This document shows positions 26,784 to 37,055 of a DNA stretch of 64,000 nt, piece by piece (position 1 is the first letter of the stretch; each line of letters opens with the position of its first letter). The notes beneath the pieces were generated by a model that ran no database searches, was not told where the DNA came from, and worked only from the letters and a program-made list of their open reading frames with translations. Made by a program: the position numbers and the translations under genes. Origin of the DNA: Cycas panzhihuaensis (lineage: Eukaryota > Plantae > Cycadophyta); the NCBI GenBank assembly GCA_023213395.1, contig CM041465.1:88543741-88607740 (forward strand). Direction: 5' to 3'.

Positions 26784-27797
26784 CTTCTTTTATTTTTGTG
26801 TGCCTTCTTTAATGTCTGTCTCTTCCACTAGTTGTTCTATGACTGATTCTATTTCATCTGTCATCTTGGTTTGGGTTGAAGAAGAAGGGGCCAATTCTGT
26901 AGAGGGTACTTCTTCTGAAGCAATTTCAGACACAACTTCCTATTCTGTCTCTTTCTTAGTTTCTTCAATTATTCTAGCTTGTGCAATTTCATTTGTGTTG
27001 GGAAAAATATTTGTAGGAGAACATGGCAAAACATAGAATAGAATCACATAGCTCAATATTGCAATACATCAATATACATTAAACTGAAAATCCATTGTAG
27101 TCATTCTATTATAGTGAAGAGAGTTATAAATTTCCCAAATAAGGGCAGTGTCTAAAGACACCAGGGTTGCACACCCCTCAATACTTATAATTTGGGGGAG
27201 GAGGGAAACTCCTCAATCCACAATTCAAAATAATAATAAAATAATATTAACTCAAATGAAACTAACTTAAATCAAAGTTAAATTTACCTTAACTTACCTT
27301 GACATATTGAGCATCACATGTCTAAATTGAAGTTGATGAGGTGTACAATCACAGTTGGAAAGGTGGGAGTGGAGTGATGACAATTAACTCAACATTCTCC
27401 CCTTAATGTCATCATGAATACTTGTATCTTCTCCTTGAACTTATGGAACTTATATTTGAAAAAACTTTAAAATTCTAATCTTCATCAACATACTTCAACC
27501 TTCTTACAAAATATATCTCTTTACCAAAGAACGATGCAAAGAAAGCGTAAGTAGATGATGTTTTATTCAAGTATGTATGTATAGATGCAGCTTTGACTTT
27601 GTCAACTAGAACATTGAGAAAAATTTAAATTTAAACTTTATCTTTTGTAATCTATATGCTGTCAACAATTGTCATATCATAAGATTCCTTTTTTGTCATA
27701 TCAGATTCATTCTCTATCATGTCATAGGATTCATTTTCATTCTCCCCCTCAAATGGAGGATCAAATCCTTGTGTAATAAGTTGGTACTGCATTTAAT

Positions 27798-28142
27798 TCA
27801 ATCTTCATTAGTTTTGTCATCATGATCCACTTTTGTTACACATCTCACATTCTCATAAAAAATATTATTAAATACATGGAGGGTATCTCCCCCATAAGTA
27901 GAAATTAAAATACCCCAAACAGATTTAGAAGTAGTTAATTCACAAACCTTTAAAAAAATATCATCAGTCATAGTGCAAAATAATAAGCCTAATGCTTCAT
28001 TATCTTTTCTAAACTCTTCTTTAATACCTAGATCACATTCACATCGTAAATATTTCACAAGATCATGTTCAATAAAATAATCTTGCATAGTTCTATACCA
28101 TTGTGAAAAATTATGGCCATTAAAAATGGGAAATTGTACCAT
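27798..28142 (-). CDS. Truncated Copia Gag N-terminus (DUF4219/UBN2-like) of B2
   Basis: MVQFPIFNGHNFSQWYRTMQDYF...TSKSVWGILISTYGG, typical Copia gag start. Confidence 0.75.
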   Translation of the reverse strand: MVQFPIFNGHNFSQWYRTMQDYFIEHDLVKYLRCECDLGIKEEFRKDNEALGLLFCTMTDDIFLKVCELTTSKSVWGILISTYGGDTLHVFNNIFYENVRCVTKVDHDDKTNED

Positions 28143-29440
28143 TTTATTAAATAGTATACTTTTATTAAGTCAAGAAGGTCAATAAATATAATGAATATTT
28201 ATGATTTTAAATAAAGCTTTTGAAGTGGATGTAATACCCTTTAGAAAGTTAATCAACTAGGCACAGCAAGGAAATGATGGATGTATAAACAAATTTGCAT
28301 GTAATAAAGATCTTTATAGCAATACAAATCTGAAATGTAACTTTGATGATAAAAGAAATAATCCTTAACCTTTTAATTTTCTTCAAATGAATAAATGTAA
28401 AATTTTAATGCAATAAATCCTTAGCCTTGATGATAATATATAATACTGAAAAAACTAAAATATATGTATATTTTACTTTAAAAGATAAGGAGTATGAAGA
28501 AACTTTTAAGAAAAGGGTTAGAGGACAACCTCAAGTTTGACAATTAAAAAGTATACTAACCGATGTTAGAAGAATATAAAACTTCACCAATGAAGATAAA
28601 CAAAATATGAATCCAACGAAACTAATCGTTTTGAAAATGGGTTCGTATAAGTCAAGTTTTGGTGAATCAAAGAAACAGGCCTTGTTTGAGGCCTAACAGC
28701 TAGGGCCCAAAATTATATAAAAATGCTAACAAAACTTTATAAAATACTGAGAAATGATTAAATATTATTTAGAATACTGCTCAATATACTTTCAGTTGAA
28801 ATTTTTTGAGAAATATATATATAAATGTGTAAAAAATGATAAGTTTAAAGTAATAAAGTACCTCTACTTTGAGCAATTTAAAAATCAGTAAAAATATGTT
28901 AAAGTGCACTAAAAAGCTATATCATATTGAAGAGAATTAAGTCAGCTTCCCAACGAAACTGAATTTGGATGTCAAACAGAAAAGTTATTATAGAAATAGT
29001 AACAAGTATCTTTATGGTAAAATGTTAAGAAAAATACTGAAAACTACTAAAATGCCACTTTTAGTGATTAAAATAGTGGTCAAAATAAATTACAAAAAAT
29101 AAAATAAAAGGAGTGTAATAAAGTTTGTTAAATGTAAATCACTTTAGAATAAATCCAGGTAGAAAATAGTTTCTCGTTAACAAAATACAATCAGTTTAAA
29201 AAATGATTTTATAAAAAGTTTAAAAAGCCTAAAAAGGATTGATTGACTTTAAATCGTCATTGAAATAGGATCAAATCACACCAAATTGGTCATATGACTA
29301 GTAAAATTAATCTACAAAAAATTTTAATCCAATAAAATTAGTTTCATCGAAATGATGCTTTCATGAGGAGTTATGGCAAAAACACCAATAATCCTATGTA
29401 AATAAAAAAAAAAAATGAAAAATATTTATATAAAAGTGAA

Positions 29441-29514
29441 AAGCCCCTTTCTGAAGTGACTAATGGTCACGTGATGGTGAAATGAGACTGGGGGCTGAGA
29501 TTTAAGAGGGGCTT
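29441..29514 (-). other. Conserved ~70-nt hairpin motif (B2 copy) containing TCACGTGA, followed by telo-box-like AAACCCTA
   Basis: AAGCCCC...GGGGCTT closing stem; AAACCCTA at 29523-29530. Confidence 0.75.
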
Positions 29515-29746
29515 AAAGTTTAAAACCCTAGATCTAAAAAGTTATACAATAAAGTTTAATTTTTGACAACTTTATATTAAAAATATACACTAAAAAATGT
29601 TTGAAACAGGAAATAGTCACCGATGGGCTATCTCTCTCACGATGCTTTGTCTTTGTTGATACGCAGGCTCGACACGCACCCATCCACCCTTCGCGTCTAC
29701 AACGAGCACTAAGACACGGTAGAGGAGCGACTCGAGGCATAGGGAG

Positions 29747-30175
29747 ATGCTAAGATGCAGAACCAGGGTTATTTTGCAGCAAATGAGATTCAAAGTATGC
29801 GAGATAACTCAGTGCATGTATAATAGTTTGATTAAATCATATGGGTTTGATTGCAGAATCAAGGAATCACTAGAAGTCTTCAATTTCATGAAAAATGAGG
29901 GCTATAAACCTGCTCTTTCTTCCTACAATACTATTATGGGAGCTTTGGTAAAAAACAGAGAGCTTGACATGGCTGAAAATCTATTCATAGAGATGCTTGT
30001 TAATGGGGTTTTTGCCAATACTCTAACTTATACTAACGTGATTTACTGCATGTGCTTGAAGGGCAAGGTGGATGTTGCTCTCTGCTCTCTAGATGAAAGG
30101 ATAAAAACAGAGAAGTTGGAATGTTATACACGGATGCGAGTTTCTTTGGAATATTATTTTAGCATTGTAACTTGA
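29747..30175 (+). pseudogene. Captured P-class PPR gene fragment (~3 PPR motifs) inside B2
   Basis: 35-aa repeats CMYNSLIKSYG...GYKPAL, SSYNTIMGALVK...GVFANT, LTYTNVIYCMC...; lies between B2 LTRs, antisense to B2. Confidence 0.9.
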
Positions 30176-30347
30176 AGGTTTTTATGGAGCCTATGGTGAA
30201 TGACTGTTATGAGTTTGAAGATTACCACTTATATAATGATAATTCTTGTTCTACTTACGATATGTGGTTTTGTTCATATTTATTTTCTTTGTTTAAGCTT
30301 TAATAGAAATACTATTTCTGAATGAACTCTAAATGAGATGCAAGTAT

Positions 30348-30380
30348 GCAGAGGAGTTCAAGCCTGAGCGATGGCTTCAA
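30348..30380 (+). pseudogene. Cytochrome P450 micro-fragment (PERF/PERW motif)
   Basis: AEEFKPERWLQ; motif typical of CYP86-clan P450s, but only 11 codons. Confidence 0.55.
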
Positions 30381-30668
30381 GTTATAAATGGATTGATTCA
30401 AACCCTACTATCCAGTTACAAAGTCTAAATGCATTCTCCAATGAAGGGCACATTGACCGAATGGCTTTCTGCCATTACTGTAATTCTTTTTATTGAGATT
30501 TAGATTATTGTTCTCTATTGTTAATTTATTTTTATCTTACATTTATTTGTAATGGTACAAACTGGTTTATATACTACACAAGAGTGCTATATTGAAACAA
30601 ACTTTAGAAAAGAGATACTAGAGATATTTTGCTAAGGCTAACTATTGATAATGCTTTGGCTTTCCAGA

Positions 30669-30783
30669 GTCAAAGAGAAATATGATGAGTTTGAAATAGA
30701 ACTTTTAGAGATCAATGTAAACAATAAAAAAACTTCAGTGTGGTTACAGTGAACTTTTAGAGTTTAAGCTTGTGTTGCAAAAG
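30669..30783 (+). pseudogene. Captured V-ATPase subunit a (VHA-a) exon fragment
   Basis: VKEKYDEFEIELLEINVNN-(+1 A)-KKLQCGYSELLEFKLVLQK ending AAG|GTAGG; matches plant VHA-a [32 protein letters not shown] as recalled. Confidence 0.82.
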
Positions 30784-31899
30784 GTAGGTGTATTCTTCTC
30801 TTCTGCATGAAGTAATGCAGTTATTTATCAGAGAGAAAGAGAAGAAACCTTTTATAGTCCCTTGTTATTAGAGCAATAGTGTGTAGATCTTTTAAATATA
30901 TTGATATAAGAAGTATATATATTTGTATTAAATAAATTTCTATTATCTACTTGGATTGGGTGGTGCAGTCTATAAGATTTTGAGACTACTATTCAGCCTT
31001 ATATTATAGCAACGGAGCTGGATGATGAAGATATCTCATACACCAGAAATAGGGCAACTGTTGGAGCTCTTTCAGAATTGAGAAGCAGTTTGGTAAAAGT
31101 CTTTGCAATTTGAAAAAACTTGTGCAAAAAGTTAAATGACAATTTATTTAACCCAAAGAGTAAATCAAAAGTCACAGGTAAAGGTTTTGATCTTACTCCT
31201 ATTGCAACTTTAGACAAATTATTATCTTCAAGTGCATGGAGATGTCTTTTCTTAAAATTGAATACTTAGATTCTACTATAGAGAAAATGATGTCCCCAAA
31301 GTCAGATGCTTCACAAGGCTTAAGTGCTGCAGATCGAGAGGATGTATAGATCATATCAAAACCAAAGAAAACTGGTGATGTGAAGATGCAGATCTAATTG
31401 TTAATATTGTAATGATTACAGGTTATGATTCAAAAATGGACAAGATTGGATTTTTCCTTCTTAGCTACCAATTTCAAATGTAAACTCAAGATCTATTTTG
31501 AAATGGAAACAAGTGCTAATGAAAAAGGTTGTTTTCCAGTATATTATTTTTAATTTTTCACATATGAATTTCTTATTCTAATTGAGAAACTCTTGCTGAA
31601 ATATGTGCCAGATCTTGTAAAAAAAGATGAAAAATAAATTAATAATATAAGAAGTATTAATATGTATATGTCTTTTTTCTTCTAATAGTCCACTTGGGAT
31701 ATTGTAACTCAATGAGTTTTGATATCACATTCAAAGACGGCTTGACAAAAAATGAAACTGGATTTGTATGGCTATTTTTATACTTTTAATAAAACCACAA
31801 TGAACTAATTTTCTTTTTAGATATTTTGGCAGAAATATATCAAACATATAAAATGTATGTATATGTACTTGAGATCTTTTCAGAATAAAAAATAGATAA

Positions 31900-32800
31900 T
31901 ATGTTGCAGATATATCAAAAATATATATTTAAATCTAAAAGGAAATTGAAGAACTCGAAAAAATGCGGTGTAGTAGACTTATGTTAGTGAAATCTATTGT
32001 ATATCTTCTTCAAAAGGTGAATATATGCCCCAAATAATTATAGATCTAGTAATGTAGTTGATGTATAAATGAAAATAGACTTCAAAAGCTTCTAATAGAC
32101 AGATCTACAGTATATACTTCTTCAGAAACCTGAATATGCTCCAAAGTTTATAGATTTGTAAAAAGACTTAAAAATGTAGTCAAAATATGTGATGAAAAAA
32201 TATAGATCTAAAAAGGAATAGAGCATATCTGAACTAAATATTATAGATTTAAAATAACTATGCAGAAAATATTGTAATACTTCTTAAAATAAGTAGATCT
32301 AAAGTAAAACCAAGAGATCTAAAAAATATTGAATATTTAAATAGAATAAACTATGAAACTATCAAATATTTGATAGAAAAGTAAATTTGAAAATATAACC
32401 TAGATTTGTGAAAAGCGTGGTAGATCCGAAGTAAAAATTATAGATCTTGAAGAAAAACCATATAAATCTTGCATGCAACTGATCTCCTTTACGGATCTAC
32501 AAAAAATATTAGATAAGTAGACAAAAAACTGCCCCGAAATAATGCAATGTATGGTAAAATATGTAAATCTGAAGAAAGGTAGCTCAAATCTAAGAAAAAA
32601 ACTTGAGTAAATGTAGCTTGCTACTGATCTCCTTAATAAATCTTTGAAAAAATATAGCTTGTAGCTGAAATCCTTCATAAATCTACATAAATCTGTGAAA
32701 AATCTGAAATATACTTGTTATAGCATAAATATATCTTAAAAATAAGCAAATCTGCTGAAAAATATATAAAACTTGCTAAAAAAATTTTAGAAAATAAATA
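31900..32800. repeat. AGATCT-rich degenerate repeat region adjoining the B2 PBS
   Basis: Numerous TAGATCT/AAATCT cores; positionally equivalent to the B1 array. Confidence 0.55.
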
Positions 32801-33322
32801 TAGCTAATATTTCTTGCTTGTAAGGAAATCTGCCATAGAATGCCAGTAAATCCTATTGCTCTTCTTAAAAAAACTTCACCAATGGAGATGCAATAGTCCA
32901 AAATCTCACTCTGATACCAAATGTTGGAAAAAATATTTGTAGGAGAACAGGGCAGAACATAGAATAGAATCATATATCTCAATATTGTAATACATCAATA
33001 TAACATAAACTAAAAATCCATTGTAGTCATTCTATTGTAGTGAAAAGAGTTACAAATTTTCCAAATAAAGGCAGTGTCTAAAGACAACAGGGTTGCACAC
33101 CCCTCAATATTTATAATTTGTGGGAGGAGGGAAACTCCTCAACCCCTAAATTTAAAATAATAATAAAATGATGTTAACTCAAATGAAACTAACTTAAATC
33201 AAAGTTAAAATTACCTTAACTTACCTCGACATGTTGAGCATCACATGTTTAAATTGAAGTTGATAAGGTATACAATCCTAGTTGGAAAGGTGGGAGTGGA
33301 GTGATGACGAGTAACTCCAACA

Positions 33323-34506
33323 ATTTAAACTATCTCCTTCATTAAAAACCACATCTCTACTTACATAGATCTTGTTGGATTTTAGATCTATGCATTTGTA
33401 GGAGAGTTTTTGTTGTAGCCTATCATAATACACTGTATGTTTTTTGCATCCATTTTAGACCTTCTTTTATCAGGTATGTGAACAAAAGCTTGACTACCAA
33501 AAACTTTAAGTGAACTTACATCAGGTTTCTTACCTGTCCAGGCTTCTTCAGGAGTGATATCTTTGAAAGCTTTTGTAGGGCTTCGATTTATCAGGTAGCA
33601 AGTAGAGCTTATTGCTTCTGCCCAATAAGATTTTGGGACATTCTTCTCATAGACCACACTTCTTGCCATTTCCATTAAAGTCTTGTTTTTACTACGCTAC
33701 TACATTTCTCTTGTGGTGTGTAAGGAGTTATGATCTGTCTACGAATTCCCTGGAATTTGTAATAGTTCAAGAATTCTTTTGACATATAATCACCTCCTCC
33801 ATATGATTTGATGCATTTAATTTTTGTTTCCAATTCCATTTCTACCTCTACTTTAAATTCTTTAAACACTTTATATACTTATGATTTGTTATGGAGAAAG
33901 TATGCCCACACTTTTTGAGTAAAATCATTAATAAAGGTTAGGAAATACTTGCAACCATTAATTGAAAGTGGTGTGATGGGACCACAAAGATCTGTATGAA
34001 TCAATTCTAACTTTGACTGTGCTCTCCAAGTGCTTTCTTTAAAAGGATGTCGGTGTTGTTTGCCAAGTTGGAAACCTTTGCAGACAAAGTTATCAGAAAA
34101 GATATGAGGCAATCCACTTACTATTCTAGATTTTTTCATTAATTTTAGCATCTCAATTGGGAGATGTCCATACTTTAAATGCTAAATTTTATTACTAGTC
34201 TCAATAATAGTACAAGATTTTTCCTCCACATTGGGAAGTATAGGATCTGACAAGAGTTTGTATAGATCATTATATCTTATGCCCTTTGCAATGATTTCTC
34301 CATTATTTTTCATGTCCATAATGTGGCAATATCCTTCTTCATCAAAGATTGTTCTTAGTCCCTTTTTACTAAGTTGTGAAATAGAAAGGAGATTCATTTT
34401 TAATTCAGGGACTAGCAAAATATTTCTGATTTTTTTTACATTTCCCCTCAGACTGATGGCAATGGTTCCAACCTCCTCTATATCAAATGGGTATTTATCT
34501 CCAAGT
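33323..34506 (-). pseudogene. Copia integrase / GAG-pre-integrase / protease C-part of element F
   Basis: ORFs 33388-33675, 33675-33869, 33879-34151 (LIHTDLCGP, TPYTPQ, WAEAI). Confidence 0.92.
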
Positions 34507-36030
34507 TGTTGGAATATTAATGCACATTTATTTTGTCCCACATGCAAGTGGGTTCCTACTCTCTCTATATTGGCATGTACTATAAATACACAAAGATAGT
34601 GTATCATATTATAATCATGATGTAAGGATGTTTTGTTAATACAATGGAGGTACCTTAAGGGTACCATTCGATCCTGTGGAGGTGTGTTTTGTTCTGTTTG
34701 TAAATATCTTATTGCAGGTCTATTTTCCAACATGGTATCGGGCGCCTGTTGAGAGAGGTATTTTGTTCGGTATTAGAGCGTTGATTTGGGAGGTGACATA
34801 ACGTTGAAATTTCAAAAGCAATACGAATTTGAGACAAAATAGCTCGTTCTGTAAAATTTGAGTGGTTGCACTACAGATTTAGGGTGAAAGTATGAAAATT
34901 ATAGCGAATTAATTTTACTGCATTTTTCCGTCTCCGTATTTTTGGGACAAATCTACAACCTCAACTTCAAGGAGCCATAACTTTGGCTAAGGTATCCAAA
35001 TGACCTCAATTATTTTTGATTATGCGTTTTTAAATTCTCTTTCTAATGGAAGTAGGTTGAGGTTCATTAGAGTTTAGAATAAAAGTTATGAGCAATTTAT
35101 CGAAGGTACTATTATAAATTTCTAGAAACCCTAATTGTGAAATTCTTAAAAGGAGCATAACTTTTGATCTAGATATCAGAATTCAATTTTGTTTGAACCG
35201 TTGGAATTGTATTTCGATGCCATCATTTCCATCTATATTTTATGTATTTTGAGCTATACTTTTTTAGAAATAAGGTTTGTGAATTTAAGGGTTTGATATT
35301 GATATGGTGACATGAATGAGGCAATGGTAATGAAGTGATTGTTTGAGGCTCTCTTATATATGTTGTGCATGGGAGAGTATTGTTACAAATGAGATGATAT
35401 TAAGTTATATTGATGTGAATGTATTTGGCACTCTATTGGTGATTTGAAGTGCATGATGGTGATTGTTTAATGGAAAATTAAGTACCTTCTTACATGTGTT
35501 CATATGAGAGAGCTATTGTGATGATGACATAGTATGGTGATGAAGCAACGGTGAATGTGTTTGCATTAATGAGTTGGGTGGCATATGGTGATTTAGTGAT
35601 CCTTGGAATGTGATTTATCTGAAGGGACTTTATGGGCATGATAAGACTAATTTGAGGGCAAGAAAGATAGTGATATAAGGCGATGAGATGCTTGTTGCAT
35701 GTGAGGTTAACATGACAAGATTGGGTAATTATTAGGCAATTAAGTGAAGTGTGATGTGTCTTGGTGATTTAATGGTGATATGAAGTATGCATGATTCCTA
35801 TGAGATGTATGTGGTATAAGCTTTGATTCTATGGTGAAGAAAGTGCTTCAGATATTCTTTGTATATGACTATTTGGCAATATGGGAGATGCATAAGGCAA
35901 TGATGTGATAATGAAGTCAGTGATATGAGGGACATGAGACATGAGAAAGTTTGTTGAGATTGATGGGTGAATTTGTTGATTAGAATAGGGACATGGTGTT
36001 AGAAAATGGCATTTACAATCATGGAGGATA

Positions 36031-36471
36031 ATGATGTGGTTATATATGCCCCAAACAAATGAATATTACTTAAGGGATTCATTTCTTCCAAGACCTAAGT
36101 GCAATGGTGAAGACTACTTTTGGACAATTAAAATGAGATATCTATTCATAGCTAGAGGTTTATGGAAGATTGTTACTGATGAATATGATATCCCTAATGA
36201 TGAAGAAGAAAAGGAAATGCTTGAGAAGAAAGATAAGAAAGCATTCATTATGATTCGTGCTGCATTCAATGATATTGATCTTCCTTCCAAATTCCATTTT
36301 GTTATTCCTATGATTCTACATGCAAGTAATGCTAAAGAAGCTTGGGATTTTCTAAGGGAAGTATTTAAACAAACTCCTGAAGAAATACAACGAATGATTG
36401 AAAAAGCAATTAAGGCTAGTTATGGTATAGGTACAACAAATGAAAAGGTATCATCAACATCGATGAGATAG
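36031..36471 (+). CDS. Truncated Copia Gag N-terminus (DUF4219/UBN2-like) of D
   Basis: NGEDYFWTIKMRYLFIARGLWKIV...KKDKKAFIMI...NAKEAWDFL. Confidence 0.8.
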   Translation: MMWLYMPQTNEYYLRDSFLPRPKCNGEDYFWTIKMRYLFIARGLWKIVTDEYDIPNDEEEKEMLEKKDKKAFIMIRAAFNDIDLPSKFHFVIPMILHASNAKEAWDFLREVFKQTPEEIQRMIEKAIKASYGIGTTNEKVSSTSMR

Positions 36472-36879
36472 CATGTCAAGATGAAGAATGTTTAAGTATT
36501 GAAACTTCTCTTGTTGAATGCATTGATAAGATTACATATGAAGATATTGAAAGTGATGAATTGATTTCAAGGGAGATTGAATATGAATCGATGGTTCTAT
36601 AAAGGACGAGTCTTATATTGATGATATTCCTACTTTGAGTATTGATTCAAGTTTGAATGATATTTCTTCTTTGAGCATTGTTTCAAGTTCAAAGAGTATC
36701 AAGTTGATCAAGACTCCACCCTAAGGTTGAAGAACTCACTATTGTACATGGTGATCAAGAGTTTATACAAGATAATTATGACAAGCAAGTTGTGATTAAA
36801 GATGGTTGTTTACAGGGTCTACATCAAAATCGACTAGACTGTGCGATGAAGAATCATGATTTGTACTTGCTAGAGTTGC

Positions 36880-37055
36880 TACTTCAACATCATCACTACA
36901 GGATTGAAGATAGAAATCAAGTTGAGGACATCATCCTACAAAGGCATCAAGACATAATTGAAGATACAAATCAAGATAAAGACATCATTCTACAAAGAAA
37001 GACATCATTACAAATTTGAAGACAAGGATCAAGTTGAAGATATCATTTTCAAGAC
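36880..37055 (+). repeat. ~57-60-bp degenerate tandem repeat (TTGAAGA...ATCAAG...GACATCAT)
   Basis: Three units; visible as repeated IED.NQ..DIILQR in ORF 36792-37019. Confidence 0.7.

Larger units (their letters stand above)
26996..33322 (-). mobile_element. Element B2: non-autonomous gag-only (TR-GAG-like) LTR element carrying multi-gene cargo (LTRs 26996-27394 and 32922-33322)
   Basis: Aligned ~400-bp LTRs; PBS complement CTCTGATACCA before 32922; PPT complement TTCTCCCCTTAA at 27395; TSD ATTTG/ATTTA. Confidence 0.93.

Noticed and set aside
29441-29514. tRNA or hammerhead ribozyme (retrozyme)
   Set aside because: No GTTCRA T-loop or cloverleaf; no CTGANGA/GAAA core conserved across copies.
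29747-30783. A resident host PPR or VHA-a gene with TE-filled introns
   Set aside because: Fragments come from unrelated genes, are truncated or frameshifted, and lie inside the LTR- and TSD-bounded element B2.
34976-35093. Integron attC-like sites (TAAC...GTTA arms)
   Set aside because: Superficial resemblance only; no tyrosine recombinase, no gene cassettes between units, eukaryotic TE context.
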